Of a DNA stretch of 36,400 bases, positions 16,224 to 24,570 are shown piece after piece (positions within the stretch are counted from its first letter, which is position 1; every line of letters begins with the position of its first letter). A model generated the notes under the pieces. That model did not search any database, was not told where the DNA came from, and saw only the letters and a list, made by a program, of their open reading frames with translations. Source of the stretch: Sulfurimonas sp. (GTDB taxonomy: Bacteria > Campylobacterota > Campylobacteria > Campylobacterales > Sulfurimonadaceae); assembly GCA_041561855.1 (NCBI GenBank), contig JBFEYZ010000001.1:1-36400 (forward strand), given 5' to 3'. A program made the translations under genes and the position numbers.

Positions 16224-18530
16224 ATGAAATTTAGTAAAAAAATAGTAGTAGGTATATTGTTGATTCAGATTGTAAGCTCTTTGGTCCACAGCTATTTGAG
16301 CCATTATCAATACTCTGCCGTATTAAAAACTACCATTGAGAAAAAAGAGCGCGACACCAACTATATAGCAGAGAATATTTTTAACGAGCTAAAAGAGAGA
16401 TACAGCGGCTATGCAAAAGAGCTGCTAGCAGATCCTGAGATACTAAATGCCTTTGCAAATGCAGAGCGTCAGGAGTTATATAGGCTTTGCGAACCGATCT
16501 ACAAAAATTTGAAGAAAAACGACAAGTATCTTTACATAATGAACTTTTACACACCAAACAACCATACATTTTTACGTCTGCACAAGCCTGAGCGCTTCAA
16601 TGATGACCTTAGCGGTTTTCGCAAGATGCTGGTAAAGGCAAATGAGACAAAAGAGGCGCAGTACGGCGTAGAGGTCGGAAAGTACGGCATTTTCTTCAGA
16701 GCCATGCTTCCTGTGTTTAAAGACGGCGTACATATAGGCGCATTCGATTTTGGAGTGGATGTTAAATATCTTATATCAAAACTCTCTATTTTAAATATCA
16801 ATACTCCTGTGCTTTTGGTAACAAAAAAATCTGTTGAGCCGATCTACAAGTATGATGATAATCCGGCTCACTATTTAGACGAATTTACAAATGGGTACTC
16901 TATAGTAAAGTTTGATGCTTCTCGTGATGATGGCGTCTCAATAGTTGATATTCTCGACAACAAGATCATAAAAAATAGTAATTACATCGTAAATGTAAAC
17001 TCTATAGACTATCTGCTCTATCGCGGATATGATATGTATGACTATGAAAACTCCTCTATAGGCCATTTAATCTTTATGGAAAAGATGGATTACTATATGA
17101 ATACTATAGTTTTCGTGAGGTGGGTATCGGTCTTAACTACAATACTTCTAATGGTGGTCATAATTATGCTGATGTATAAGCTAATAAGTGACTATGCCAA
17201 AGAGATTATGATTCAAAAGGACATTTTAGATTACAGGACTCATCACGACTTGCTGACTGGACTTGCAAATAGAGTTCTCTTTAACGACAGGCTTACTCAG
17301 GCAATAGAGATGGCAAAACGTCATAAGAACTCATTTGCGCTTCTTTATATAGATCTAGACAGATTCAAGCAGATAAACGACTCGTTGGGACATGTAATCG
17401 GCGATGAAATACTTAAGATTATCTCAAAAAGAGTTCGTGAAGTTATGCGTAAAGAAGATACGATCTCACGTTTGGGGGGAGACGAGTTCGCCGTACTTGC
17501 TCAAGACCTGATTAAAGGGGAAAACGCTTCGGCTCTTGCACAAAAAATAATATCCTCAATATCCGAAGTTATTCATATAGAGAACCACACTCTTTATATG
17601 ACTTCAAGCATAGGAATAAGTATATATCCTCAAGACGGCACCGAACCGGACAATCTGCTGAAAAATGCTGATGCCGCAATGTTTAGAGCCAAGGATGAGG
17701 GAAGAAATAACTTTCAATACTACTCTGCAGATATGACACAGCTTGCATTTGAGAGGGTAGTTATGGAGGCTAGCATTAGAAAAGCGCTCTCCAATGATGA
17801 GTTTGTAGTCTATTTTCAGCCTCAAGTAGACGGTAAGACGGATAGGATTATCGGGATGGAGGCTCTTGTCAGATGGGAGCATCCTGAGGCCGGAGTTGTC
17901 TTTCCTGACAAATTCATTCCGCTTGCGCAGGAGACCGGGTTAATATTGGCGATCGATCAAAAAGTAATGAAAAGCGCCATGGTTAAAATGGCGAAATGGT
18001 ACAAAATGGGGCTGGAGCCGGGAGTTTTGGCTCTTAATCTATCTATAAAACAGTTGAGCCAAGTTGATTGTATGGATAAGCTGCTCCAGCTTATGATGGA
18101 GAGCGGATGCAGACCTGAGTGGCTTGAGCTTGAAGTCACAGAGGGCGAGATTATGAAAAACCCTCAAAACGCTATAGATGTCCTAAAAAAGATAAGCCAA
18201 ATAGGTGTCAAGCTTGCCGTCGATGATTTTGGAACAGGATACTCGTCTTTGTCATATCTTAAACGTCTGCCGATCGACAAACTAAAGATAGACAAATCAT
18301 TTATAGACGGTCTTCCTTACGATGATGAAGACGTTAGCATAGCACGAGCGATCATAGCTCTTGCACAAAGTCTTAAGCTTGATGTAATCGCAGAAGGTGT
18401 CGAGACAAAAGAGCAGAGGGATTTTTTAATACAAAACGGATGCAGCAATATTCAAGGTTACTACTATTCAAAAGCAATTCCTGCGGCCCAAATGGAAGAG
18501 ATGCTCAAAAATGGGATAAAAAATAGATAG
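16224..18530 (+). CDS. Periplasmic Cache-sensor GGDEF-EAL protein (diguanylate cyclase/phosphodiesterase)
   Basis: Two TM helices around a Cache-like domain (FLRLHKP..F.DDLS.FR); RLGGDEF; QPQV, MEALVRW, ELEVTE, DDFGTGYSSLSYL, KIDKSF, IAEGVET, IQGY. Confidence 0.94.
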   Translation: MKFSKKIVVGILLIQIVSSLVHSYLSHYQYSAVLKTTIEKKERDTNYIAENIFNELKERYSGYAKELLADPEILNAFANAERQELYRLCEPIYKNLKKNDKYLYIMNFYTPNNHTFLRLHKPERFNDDLSGFRKMLVKANETKEAQYGVEVGKYGIFFRAMLPVFKDGVHIGAFDFGVDVKYLISKLSILNINTPVLLVTKKSVEPIYKYDDNPAHYLDEFTNGYSIVKFDASRDDGVSIVDILDNKIIKNSNYIVNVNSIDYLLYRGYDMYDYENSSIGHLIFMEKMDYYMNTIVFVRWVSVLTTILLMVVIIMLMYKLISDYAKEIMIQKDILDYRTHHDLLTGLANRVLFNDRLTQAIEMAKRHKNSFALLYIDLDRFKQINDSLGHVIGDEILKIISKRVREVMRKEDTISRLGGDEFAVLAQDLIKGENASALAQKIISSISEVIHIENHTLYMTSSIGISIYPQDGTEPDNLLKNADAAMFRAKDEGRNNFQYYSADMTQLAFERVVMEASIRKALSNDEFVVYFQPQVDGKTDRIIGMEALVRWEHPEAGVVFPDKFIPLAQETGLILAIDQKVMKSAMVKMAKWYKMGLEPGVLALNLSIKQLSQVDCMDKLLQLMMESGCRPEWLELEVTEGEIMKNPQNAIDVLKKISQIGVKLAVDDFGTGYSSLSYLKRLPIDKLKIDKSFIDGLPYDDEDVSIARAIIALAQSLKLDVIAEGVETKEQRDFLIQNGCSNIQGYYYSKAIPAAQMEEMLKNGIKNR

Positions 18531-18553
18531 ATGCAAGGCATTTTTCTTTTATT

Positions 18554-18562
18554 TGTTATAAT
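18554..18562 (+). promoter_or_regulatory. Extended -10 promoter element of dsbD
   Basis: TGTTATAAT about 33 nt upstream of ATG 18596. Confidence 0.55.
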
Positions 18563-18595
18563 TTTGCCGCAATACAAAAATCGGATAAAAATATT

Positions 18596-20371
18596 ATGAA
18601 AAAAATAGTTCTCTTTCTTCTCTCAACACTTTTTCTCTTCGCAGCGCAACCTAATTTTTTAATGCCTAAAGAAGCTTTTAAATCATCTGCAAAATTAAAC
18701 GACAAGATGCAGATAGAAGCAACAATAGAGCTGGGCAAGGAGATATATGTCTATGAGGACTCTATCAAGTTAAATGTTAAAGAGGGCAGCGGCATCGGTA
18801 TTAAGGATGTAATCTATCCAAAAAGCGTAGATCATCACGGAGATATGTCATATACGACATCGCCTACATTTACTATAAACTTAAGCAAAGAGAGCGGGGT
18901 AAGCGGTATTAAAGCCGTAGAGTTTGAGATCTCTTATCAGGGATGTTCGGAGCAGGGGCTTTGCTATGAGCCGTACACTGATTCTTTTACGCTTGAGGTA
19001 GATAGTTCAAAACTTCTCGATAGTCTTGGTCAAGCTGTTATCGGAGCTAATGAAAATAGCGAAGTAAATATTGAAGTTAACAAAGAGCTCTCGGAAAGCG
19101 ACTCTATTGCCGACACTATTAAAGAGGGCAGCATTGCTCTTGTCCTTCTTACGTTTTTAGGTTTTGGACTTCTTCTGTCTCTTACGCCATGTACATTTCC
19201 TATGATTCCAATTATCTCAGGCATTATCATATCTCAAGGTGAGGGGATAACTACAAAAAGAGCGTTTATGCTCTCTCTTGTGTATGTGCTCGCAATGGCA
19301 GTTGCGTATACAATAGCCGGAATTTTAGCGGGCCTGTTCGGCTCAAATCTGCAAGCAGCTCTTCAAGCACCGTGGGCAATTTACTCATTCGCAGGTATCT
19401 TTGTCATACTTGCTATGAGTATGTTCGGCTTTTTTGAATTAAAACTTCCAGACTCTTTTGTTGCCAAGATCAGCTCAAACAATCAAACAAACCGCAGCGG
19501 CTATGCTGGTGTTGCAGTCATGGGCTTTTTGTCGGCCCTTATTGTAGGACCTTGTGTCGCTGCTCCGCTTGCAGGTGCTTTGGTCTATATAGGACAGACT
19601 GGAGACGCGGTGCTTGGCGGAGCGGCTCTTTTTGCTATGAGTATAGGGATGGGGCTTCCTCTTATTTTAGTCGGTGTTAGTGCCGGTAAATTTATGCCGC
19701 GTCCTGGTCCGTGGATGACTATGATAAGCGCAATATTCGGCGTCATGATGCTCGGAGTCGCTGTATGGATGCTTGAGAGAGTACTGGACAGCTATATAAT
19801 AATGCTTCTATATTCAATCTTAGGAATAAGCTCAGCCGTCTATTTCGGGGCATTTGATAGAGATGCGCATACATTTAGAAAAAGCGTTGCGATAATAATA
19901 TTTATCTACTCAGCATCTTTGTTTATAGGGGTTTTGGGCGGTTCAAACAACATGGCAAGACCGCTGGAATTTTTAAAACCCTCTTCATCCGCCTCATCTA
20001 ATGTCGTTTCATATTCTCATCTAAAATTTGTAAAAGTGAGATCCATTGCACAGCTTGACAAGATTTTAAAAGCAAACAGAGGCAAAAAGATAATGCTTGA
20101 TTTTAGCGCAGAGTGGTGTGTCGTATGTAAAGAACTAGATAAAAAAACATTCTCTAATGAAGCCGTAAAGGCAAAGCTTGGAGAATATGTGCTTATTCAA
20201 GCAGATGTTACAGAAAATAACCAGGAACAAAAAGAACTTAGCAGAAAGTACGGTGTATTCGGTCCGCCCGTACTTATATTTTTTGACAAAGAGCTGAATG
20301 TGATGGAGTCAAAAACTATTGTAGGCTTTATTGGGCCGGAAGATTTTTTAGAACATCTTGCAAAGATTTAG
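18596..20371 (+). CDS. dsbD: Thiol:disulfide interchange protein DsbD
   Basis: All three Cys pairs present: QGCSEQGLCY, TM TPCTFPM / GPCVAAPL, thioredoxin WCVVCKE; FGPP. Confidence 0.96.
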   Translation: MKKIVLFLLSTLFLFAAQPNFLMPKEAFKSSAKLNDKMQIEATIELGKEIYVYEDSIKLNVKEGSGIGIKDVIYPKSVDHHGDMSYTTSPTFTINLSKESGVSGIKAVEFEISYQGCSEQGLCYEPYTDSFTLEVDSSKLLDSLGQAVIGANENSEVNIEVNKELSESDSIADTIKEGSIALVLLTFLGFGLLLSLTPCTFPMIPIISGIIISQGEGITTKRAFMLSLVYVLAMAVAYTIAGILAGLFGSNLQAALQAPWAIYSFAGIFVILAMSMFGFFELKLPDSFVAKISSNNQTNRSGYAGVAVMGFLSALIVGPCVAAPLAGALVYIGQTGDAVLGGAALFAMSIGMGLPLILVGVSAGKFMPRPGPWMTMISAIFGVMMLGVAVWMLERVLDSYIIMLLYSILGISSAVYFGAFDRDAHTFRKSVAIIIFIYSASLFIGVLGGSNNMARPLEFLKPSSSASSNVVSYSHLKFVKVRSIAQLDKILKANRGKKIMLDFSAEWCVVCKELDKKTFSNEAVKAKLGEYVLIQADVTENNQEQKELSRKYGVFGPPVLIFFDKELNVMESKTIVGFIGPEDFLEHLAKI

Positions 20372-20373
20372 TT

Positions 20374-21138
20374 TTAAACTACTCTCTGCTTTATATTGCT
20401 AGAAGCAACGAAAGATGCTAGCTTTTGTATAAATTCGTTCGGGTTGGTATCTGCTATCTCTTGAGCTAATATCTTATCTGCGCCGTCACCGAGTATCTTT
20501 TTAAAGACCGCTTTTATCTCTTCGATATCGCCTTTGTTCTCAAGCCTTCTTCTAAGACCTATAACGTTTAGACCCTTTATGGTTGCTTTGTTGCCCTCGA
20601 CCAACATAAAAGGTGGAATATCCGAAGCTACTACGGATGCTCCGCCTATCATAACCCCGGTTCCAATTTTGTTATTCGCCTCAATCGTACTAAGCCCGCC
20701 GATGATTACTCTCTCATCGCATTTTACGTTCTCATAAAGTCTAACTGCATTTGTTACGATACAAAAATCACCAAGCTCTACGCCTCCAAGGATTTGAACA
20801 TATCCCATAATAAAATTGTTCGCGCCGATGATTATTTTGTTGTTTTGTTCGTCCGTGCTGTTTTGAGCGCCTATTTGAACAAACTCTCTAATATGAGTCT
20901 TCTCGCCTATTGCTATCTCGGAGTCTTCACATCCGATAACGGCAAAGCTGAATATTTTTACATTCTCGCCAACGCTCAATCTGCCTTTTAGTATGACATT
21001 TGACTCCAGTGTACATCCTGATCTAAGCTCTACGTCTTTGCCTATATAACAAAACGGTCCAATTTTAACATCTGATGATATCTTTGCACCGTCTTCTATA
21101 ACGACCGATGGATGAATATTTGTTTTTGTCTCTGCCAT
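20374..21138 (-). CDS. LpxA-like left-handed beta-helix protein lacking the catalytic histidines (probable pseudo-enzyme)
   Basis: IHPS.VIEDGA.I...V.IGPFC.IG hexapeptide start; LpxA C-terminal signature DIPPF..VEGN.A...GLN.IGLRRR; the HxAHDC motif is replaced by QILGGV. Confidence 0.85.
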   Translation of the reverse strand: MAETKTNIHPSVVIEDGAKISSDVKIGPFCYIGKDVELRSGCTLESNVILKGRLSVGENVKIFSFAVIGCEDSEIAIGEKTHIREFVQIGAQNSTDEQNNKIIIGANNFIMGYVQILGGVELGDFCIVTNAVRLYENVKCDERVIIGGLSTIEANNKIGTGVMIGGASVVASDIPPFMLVEGNKATIKGLNVIGLRRRLENKGDIEEIKAVFKKILGDGADKILAQEIADTNPNEFIQKLASFVASSNIKQRVV

Positions 21139-22045
21139 TATTTGCTCGCTATATCTAGAGTTATTATACTATCGTGAACTGTTGCCAATGAACCGCTCTC
21201 ACCAGTTTTTAAATAGTTTATAAATGCTTCAAGTTCATCATGCAGAGCATTACTTCTGCTTACAAAACAGTTTTTTGTTATATGGGAATTTGGATTTATA
21301 TTTATTCGTTCCGTGAGTGTTTGAGAGATAAGATCCGCTTCAAAATATTTTATCTTGCTATCCTGATCTATTCTGCATGCAACGGAAATCGTTCTTTTTC
21401 TGTAGGGAGTAAGCCAGTTGGTAGATATATCGCCGATAACATGACCTTCTAACTCAAAGGCAAGTATAGCGTTATCCTCATGCGTCTTGTGAATCTTTTG
21501 AGACTTGAATACCGCGCTTTTTATAATATCTTTTTTTGTTATAAATCTGATCAAGTCGCTGTCATGAACGGATAGGTCTGTCAGTATCCCTACGTCGGCA
21601 ATGCGCTCCGGAAAAGAGCCGCTGCGAGTGATAGATATGGAGAGTACCTCATGGCCTGCTATTTCGTTTATAAGCGACTTTACGACAGGATTGTATCTCT
21701 CAATATGCCCGACACAGCTTTTTATACCGTTTTCTTCAACTGCCTTTAGTATCTCTTTGCATCCTCAACGCTTGAAGCCGCAGGTTTTTCTATAAAGATG
21801 TCAACTTTACGCTGGGCACATTTTAGTGCAGCGTCTTTATGCAAAAAAGTGGGAGTTACTATAATGACTGCATCCGGTTTTGCATTATCCAGCATCGTCT
21901 CTAAGTCATAGTAAAAAGGTTCTTCAAAATCACCGTTTTTAACCACGTCACAGAGTCCGACGATCTCTGCACCCTCTATCTTTTTGAGCGTGTTGTAGTG
22001 ATTTCTACCCATTGCTCCAAGCCCGAGAATTGCAACTCTTTTCAA
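21138..22045 (-). pseudogene. Gfo/Idh/MocA oxidoreductase (GnnA/WbpB-like) split by a 1-bp deletion at about 21756-21758
   Basis: Frame A: GLGAMG...TPTFLH...IEKP...EDAK then stop. Adding one A restores ...[29 protein letters not shown]...[20 protein letters not shown]..., which continues into the 21138..21554 ORF and gives a 302-aa protein. It could also be an assembly error. Confidence 0.85.
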
Positions 22046-22048
22046 TTT

Positions 22049-23140
22049 TTAACCTTTAATAGCGTGAATTACGAAGTCTTGTTCTGCTTCGCTTAGATAT
22101 GCGCTCATAGGAAGAGACATTATCTGCTTCGAGACAAGTTCACTAATCGGAAAATCACCTTCCGTGTATCCAAGATGAGCAAAGGCCTCTTGGAGATGAA
22201 GCGGAACAGGATAATGAACTGCCGTAGGGATTCCTTGTTCACCTAGCTTTTCAATCATCTCTTCTCTTTCCTGTACTCTTATTGAGTACTGTGCATAAAC
22301 ACTTTTGTTTCCTTGTGCGATCTTTGGCGTTATGACATCTGCATCTTCGAGCAGGTCACTATATCTTGTGCCGATATGATCTCTAAGCTCTACTTCTCTG
22401 TCAAAATGTTTAAGTTTTACATCCAAGATAGCTGCTTGAACGGCATCAAGACGGCCGTTTATACCGATGTATTTGTGCTTGTATCTCTCGTTTTGACCGT
22501 GATTTAAAAGCATTCTCATCTTAGCTGCAAGCTCGTCATCGTCGGTAAAAATTGCTCCGCCGTCACCGTAAGCGCCAAGAGGTTTTGACGGAAAGAAACT
22601 TGTACAACCTATTGTCGAGAGGTTGCAAGATTTCTTGCCTTTGTATGTTGCACCGAAACTCTGACAGGCATCTTCTATGACCGTAAGTTCATACTTCGCG
22701 GCTATCTCGTTTATGGCATCCATATCTGCACACTGGCCGTAAAGAGAGACAGGCATAATAGCTTTTGTTCTATCTGTTATGTGCGACTCTATCTTTGTTG
22801 GGTCTATGTTGTAGCTCTGCTCGTCTATATCGACAAAAACACTTTTTGCACCTAGAAGAGCGATGACTTCAGCCGTAGATATAAAAGTAAAAGGAGTTGT
22901 TATAACCTCGTCGCCCGGACCTACGCCAATAGCCATAAGAGCCAATAAAAGAGCGTCAGTTCCGCTGCTGCACCCAATCGCGTGTTTTGAACCTGTATAT
23001 GCCGCAAGATTTCTCTCTAGCGAATTTAGCTTCTCCCCGCCTATGAACTGTGCCGAAGCAAAAACCTCTAAGACCTCTTTGTCGATCTCCTCTTTATACT
23101 TTTGATACTGCGCTTGTAAATCTATAAAATTAATCTTCAT
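22049..23140 (-). CDS. DegT/DnrJ/EryC1/StrS PLP aminotransferase (GnnB/WbpE-like)
   Basis: SSGTDAL, TPFTFISTAE, PVSLYGQ, IEDACQSFGA, TSFFPSKPLGAYGDGG, NGRLDAVQAA, VHYPVPLH. Confidence 0.93.
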   Translation of the reverse strand: MKINFIDLQAQYQKYKEEIDKEVLEVFASAQFIGGEKLNSLERNLAAYTGSKHAIGCSSGTDALLLALMAIGVGPGDEVITTPFTFISTAEVIALLGAKSVFVDIDEQSYNIDPTKIESHITDRTKAIMPVSLYGQCADMDAINEIAAKYELTVIEDACQSFGATYKGKKSCNLSTIGCTSFFPSKPLGAYGDGGAIFTDDDELAAKMRMLLNHGQNERYKHKYIGINGRLDAVQAAILDVKLKHFDREVELRDHIGTRYSDLLEDADVITPKIAQGNKSVYAQYSIRVQEREEMIEKLGEQGIPTAVHYPVPLHLQEAFAHLGYTEGDFPISELVSKQIMSLPMSAYLSEAEQDFVIHAIKG

Positions 23141-24185
23141 CTCTATCCTCTATAATTTCTGCAACTCGCTTTGAGCTGCCATGCTTTAGGTACTCTCTTA
23201 GTGCTTTTGAGTCACTTAAAAATCTGCTTCTGTCATATTCGCGATACGCATGGAGCAGATTTTTGGCAGTAACATCCTTTTGTATAAACTCCGGATGCAG
23301 TGCCCTGTTTTTAAACTTAGAAAACATTATATTTGCCAGTCCGATATACTCCAGTTTTACAAGTCTGCTTGCAATAAAGTAGTCAAGAGGTTTGGCAATA
23401 TATGTCAACACAAAAGGTGTCCCGATTAGTGACGCCTCCAAGGTTGCCGTTCCGCTGCAGATAAATGCAAAGTCGGCATCTCTAAGTGTATTGTGCGCAT
23501 CATTAGCTGTTTTAAAACCTGAAAGGCTACCATAAACTTCTTTTATATCTTCTTTAGAGAAGTGTTTTGGCACTATAACCGTCGCCTCGACTCCAAGCTC
23601 TTTTTGAACTTCTCTAAAGATGGGCATAAGTTTGCTTATCTCTCCTCTTCTGCTTCCCGGCATAAACACTATCTTTTTTACTTCATCAGCGAGAGAGTCT
23701 TTAAACTCTGTAATCTGGTCCAAAAGAGGGTGCCCGACATACTCGATGTGTGCATTTTTTGAATAATACTCCCTCTCAAACGGCAGAATGGAAGCCAGAC
23801 GGTCTATAGTCTTTTCTAAAACAGGGATTCGTTTTTTCTTCCATGCCCAAGCCTGGGGCAGGATGTAGTAGATTATCTCTTTGTCTGGGTATTTTTTTTT
23901 GATCTTTTTGGCAAGGGGAAGATTAAATCCAGAAGAGTCGATCAGCAGAACTTTATCGACATCTTGTGCAAGTCTTAACATATCGTTGTTAAGTTTTAAA
24001 AAGAATCTTAGTTTTTTAATAGCGTCGACAAATCCCATGATTGCTAAACTTCTAAGATCTATTATACTCTCTCCTAACTCTTTGTCGAATATACCTATAA
24101 ACTCAACATCCTCACTCAACTCTTTTTTGAGGGACTTGAGGTGAAGGTTCGCCGAGTGCTCGAGAGCGCTAACTAATATTTTCAT
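23130..24185 (-). CDS. lpxB: Lipid-A-disaccharide synthase
   Basis: MKILVSALEHSAN, IDSSGFN, YYILPQAWAWKKKR, ILPFE..YY, YVGHPL, MPGSR, SGTATLE, IGLANI, PEFIQ. Confidence 0.96.
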   Translation of the reverse strand: MKILVSALEHSANLHLKSLKKELSEDVEFIGIFDKELGESIIDLRSLAIMGFVDAIKKLRFFLKLNNDMLRLAQDVDKVLLIDSSGFNLPLAKKIKKKYPDKEIIYYILPQAWAWKKKRIPVLEKTIDRLASILPFEREYYSKNAHIEYVGHPLLDQITEFKDSLADEVKKIVFMPGSRRGEISKLMPIFREVQKELGVEATVIVPKHFSKEDIKEVYGSLSGFKTANDAHNTLRDADFAFICSGTATLEASLIGTPFVLTYIAKPLDYFIASRLVKLEYIGLANIMFSKFKNRALHPEFIQKDVTAKNLLHAYREYDRSRFLSDSKALREYLKHGSSKRVAEIIEDRDED

Positions 24186-24541
24186 GATCCTCCGTCTCCG
24201 TGTACTTTATAACTGTCATCGTACCTCTCTTTGTTTGTATCTTCCACATATTCGTTCATATATACCGAGAGATTCTCAATATCTTCATCACTCAGCCCCA
24301 CGGCAAAAGGTATCATCATCTCCTGCTGTTGATTGTCTGATAGTTTCGAGCGGAATCTTTTTAGTTTGTATGACATATAGCCTTTTGCACGGTTCGCCAA
24401 GTATGGGTAGCGGTGAAGACCTTCGAGTTTTGTTCCGTGGCAGCCGTAACATCCGTTTTTGATATATAGCTCTTTTCCTTTCTCATAAGCACCGTCCGCA
24501 CTTAGCAGCAGCGCAATTAGAAATAAAAAAAGTGTTTTCAA
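24182..24541 (-). CDS. Periplasmic monoheme cytochrome c (c553-like)
   Basis: Signal peptide; G.ELY...CYGCHG; YPYLA; distal MMIPFA..LSDEDIENL..Y. Confidence 0.88.
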   Translation of the reverse strand: MKTLFLFLIALLLSADGAYEKGKELYIKNGCYGCHGTKLEGLHRYPYLANRAKGYMSYKLKRFRSKLSDNQQQEMMIPFAVGLSDEDIENLSVYMNEYVEDTNKERYDDSYKVHGDGGS

Positions 24542-24570
24542 TGCTCTCTCCCTGTCCTTTGTAAATGCAA

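Noticed and set aside
17474-17479. G6 run in the GGDEF codons (and C6 at 15001-15006) as phase-variable tracts
   Set aside because: Too short for typical Campylobacterota poly-G switching, explained by Gly codons, and both frames are intact.
20374-21138. Naming this gene lpxA or wbpD
   Set aside because: The catalytic His residues are absent, so lpxA function is unsupported; the LpxA-type C-terminal domain argues against WbpD.
21138-21554. Independent 138-aa gene
   Set aside because: It is the C-terminal part of the frameshifted oxidoreductase; the frame continues upstream through conserved motifs.
23892-23900. T9 tract in lpxB (A9 on the coding strand)
   Set aside because: It encodes KKK in an intact, normally essential gene; A/T runs are frequent in this AT-rich sequence.
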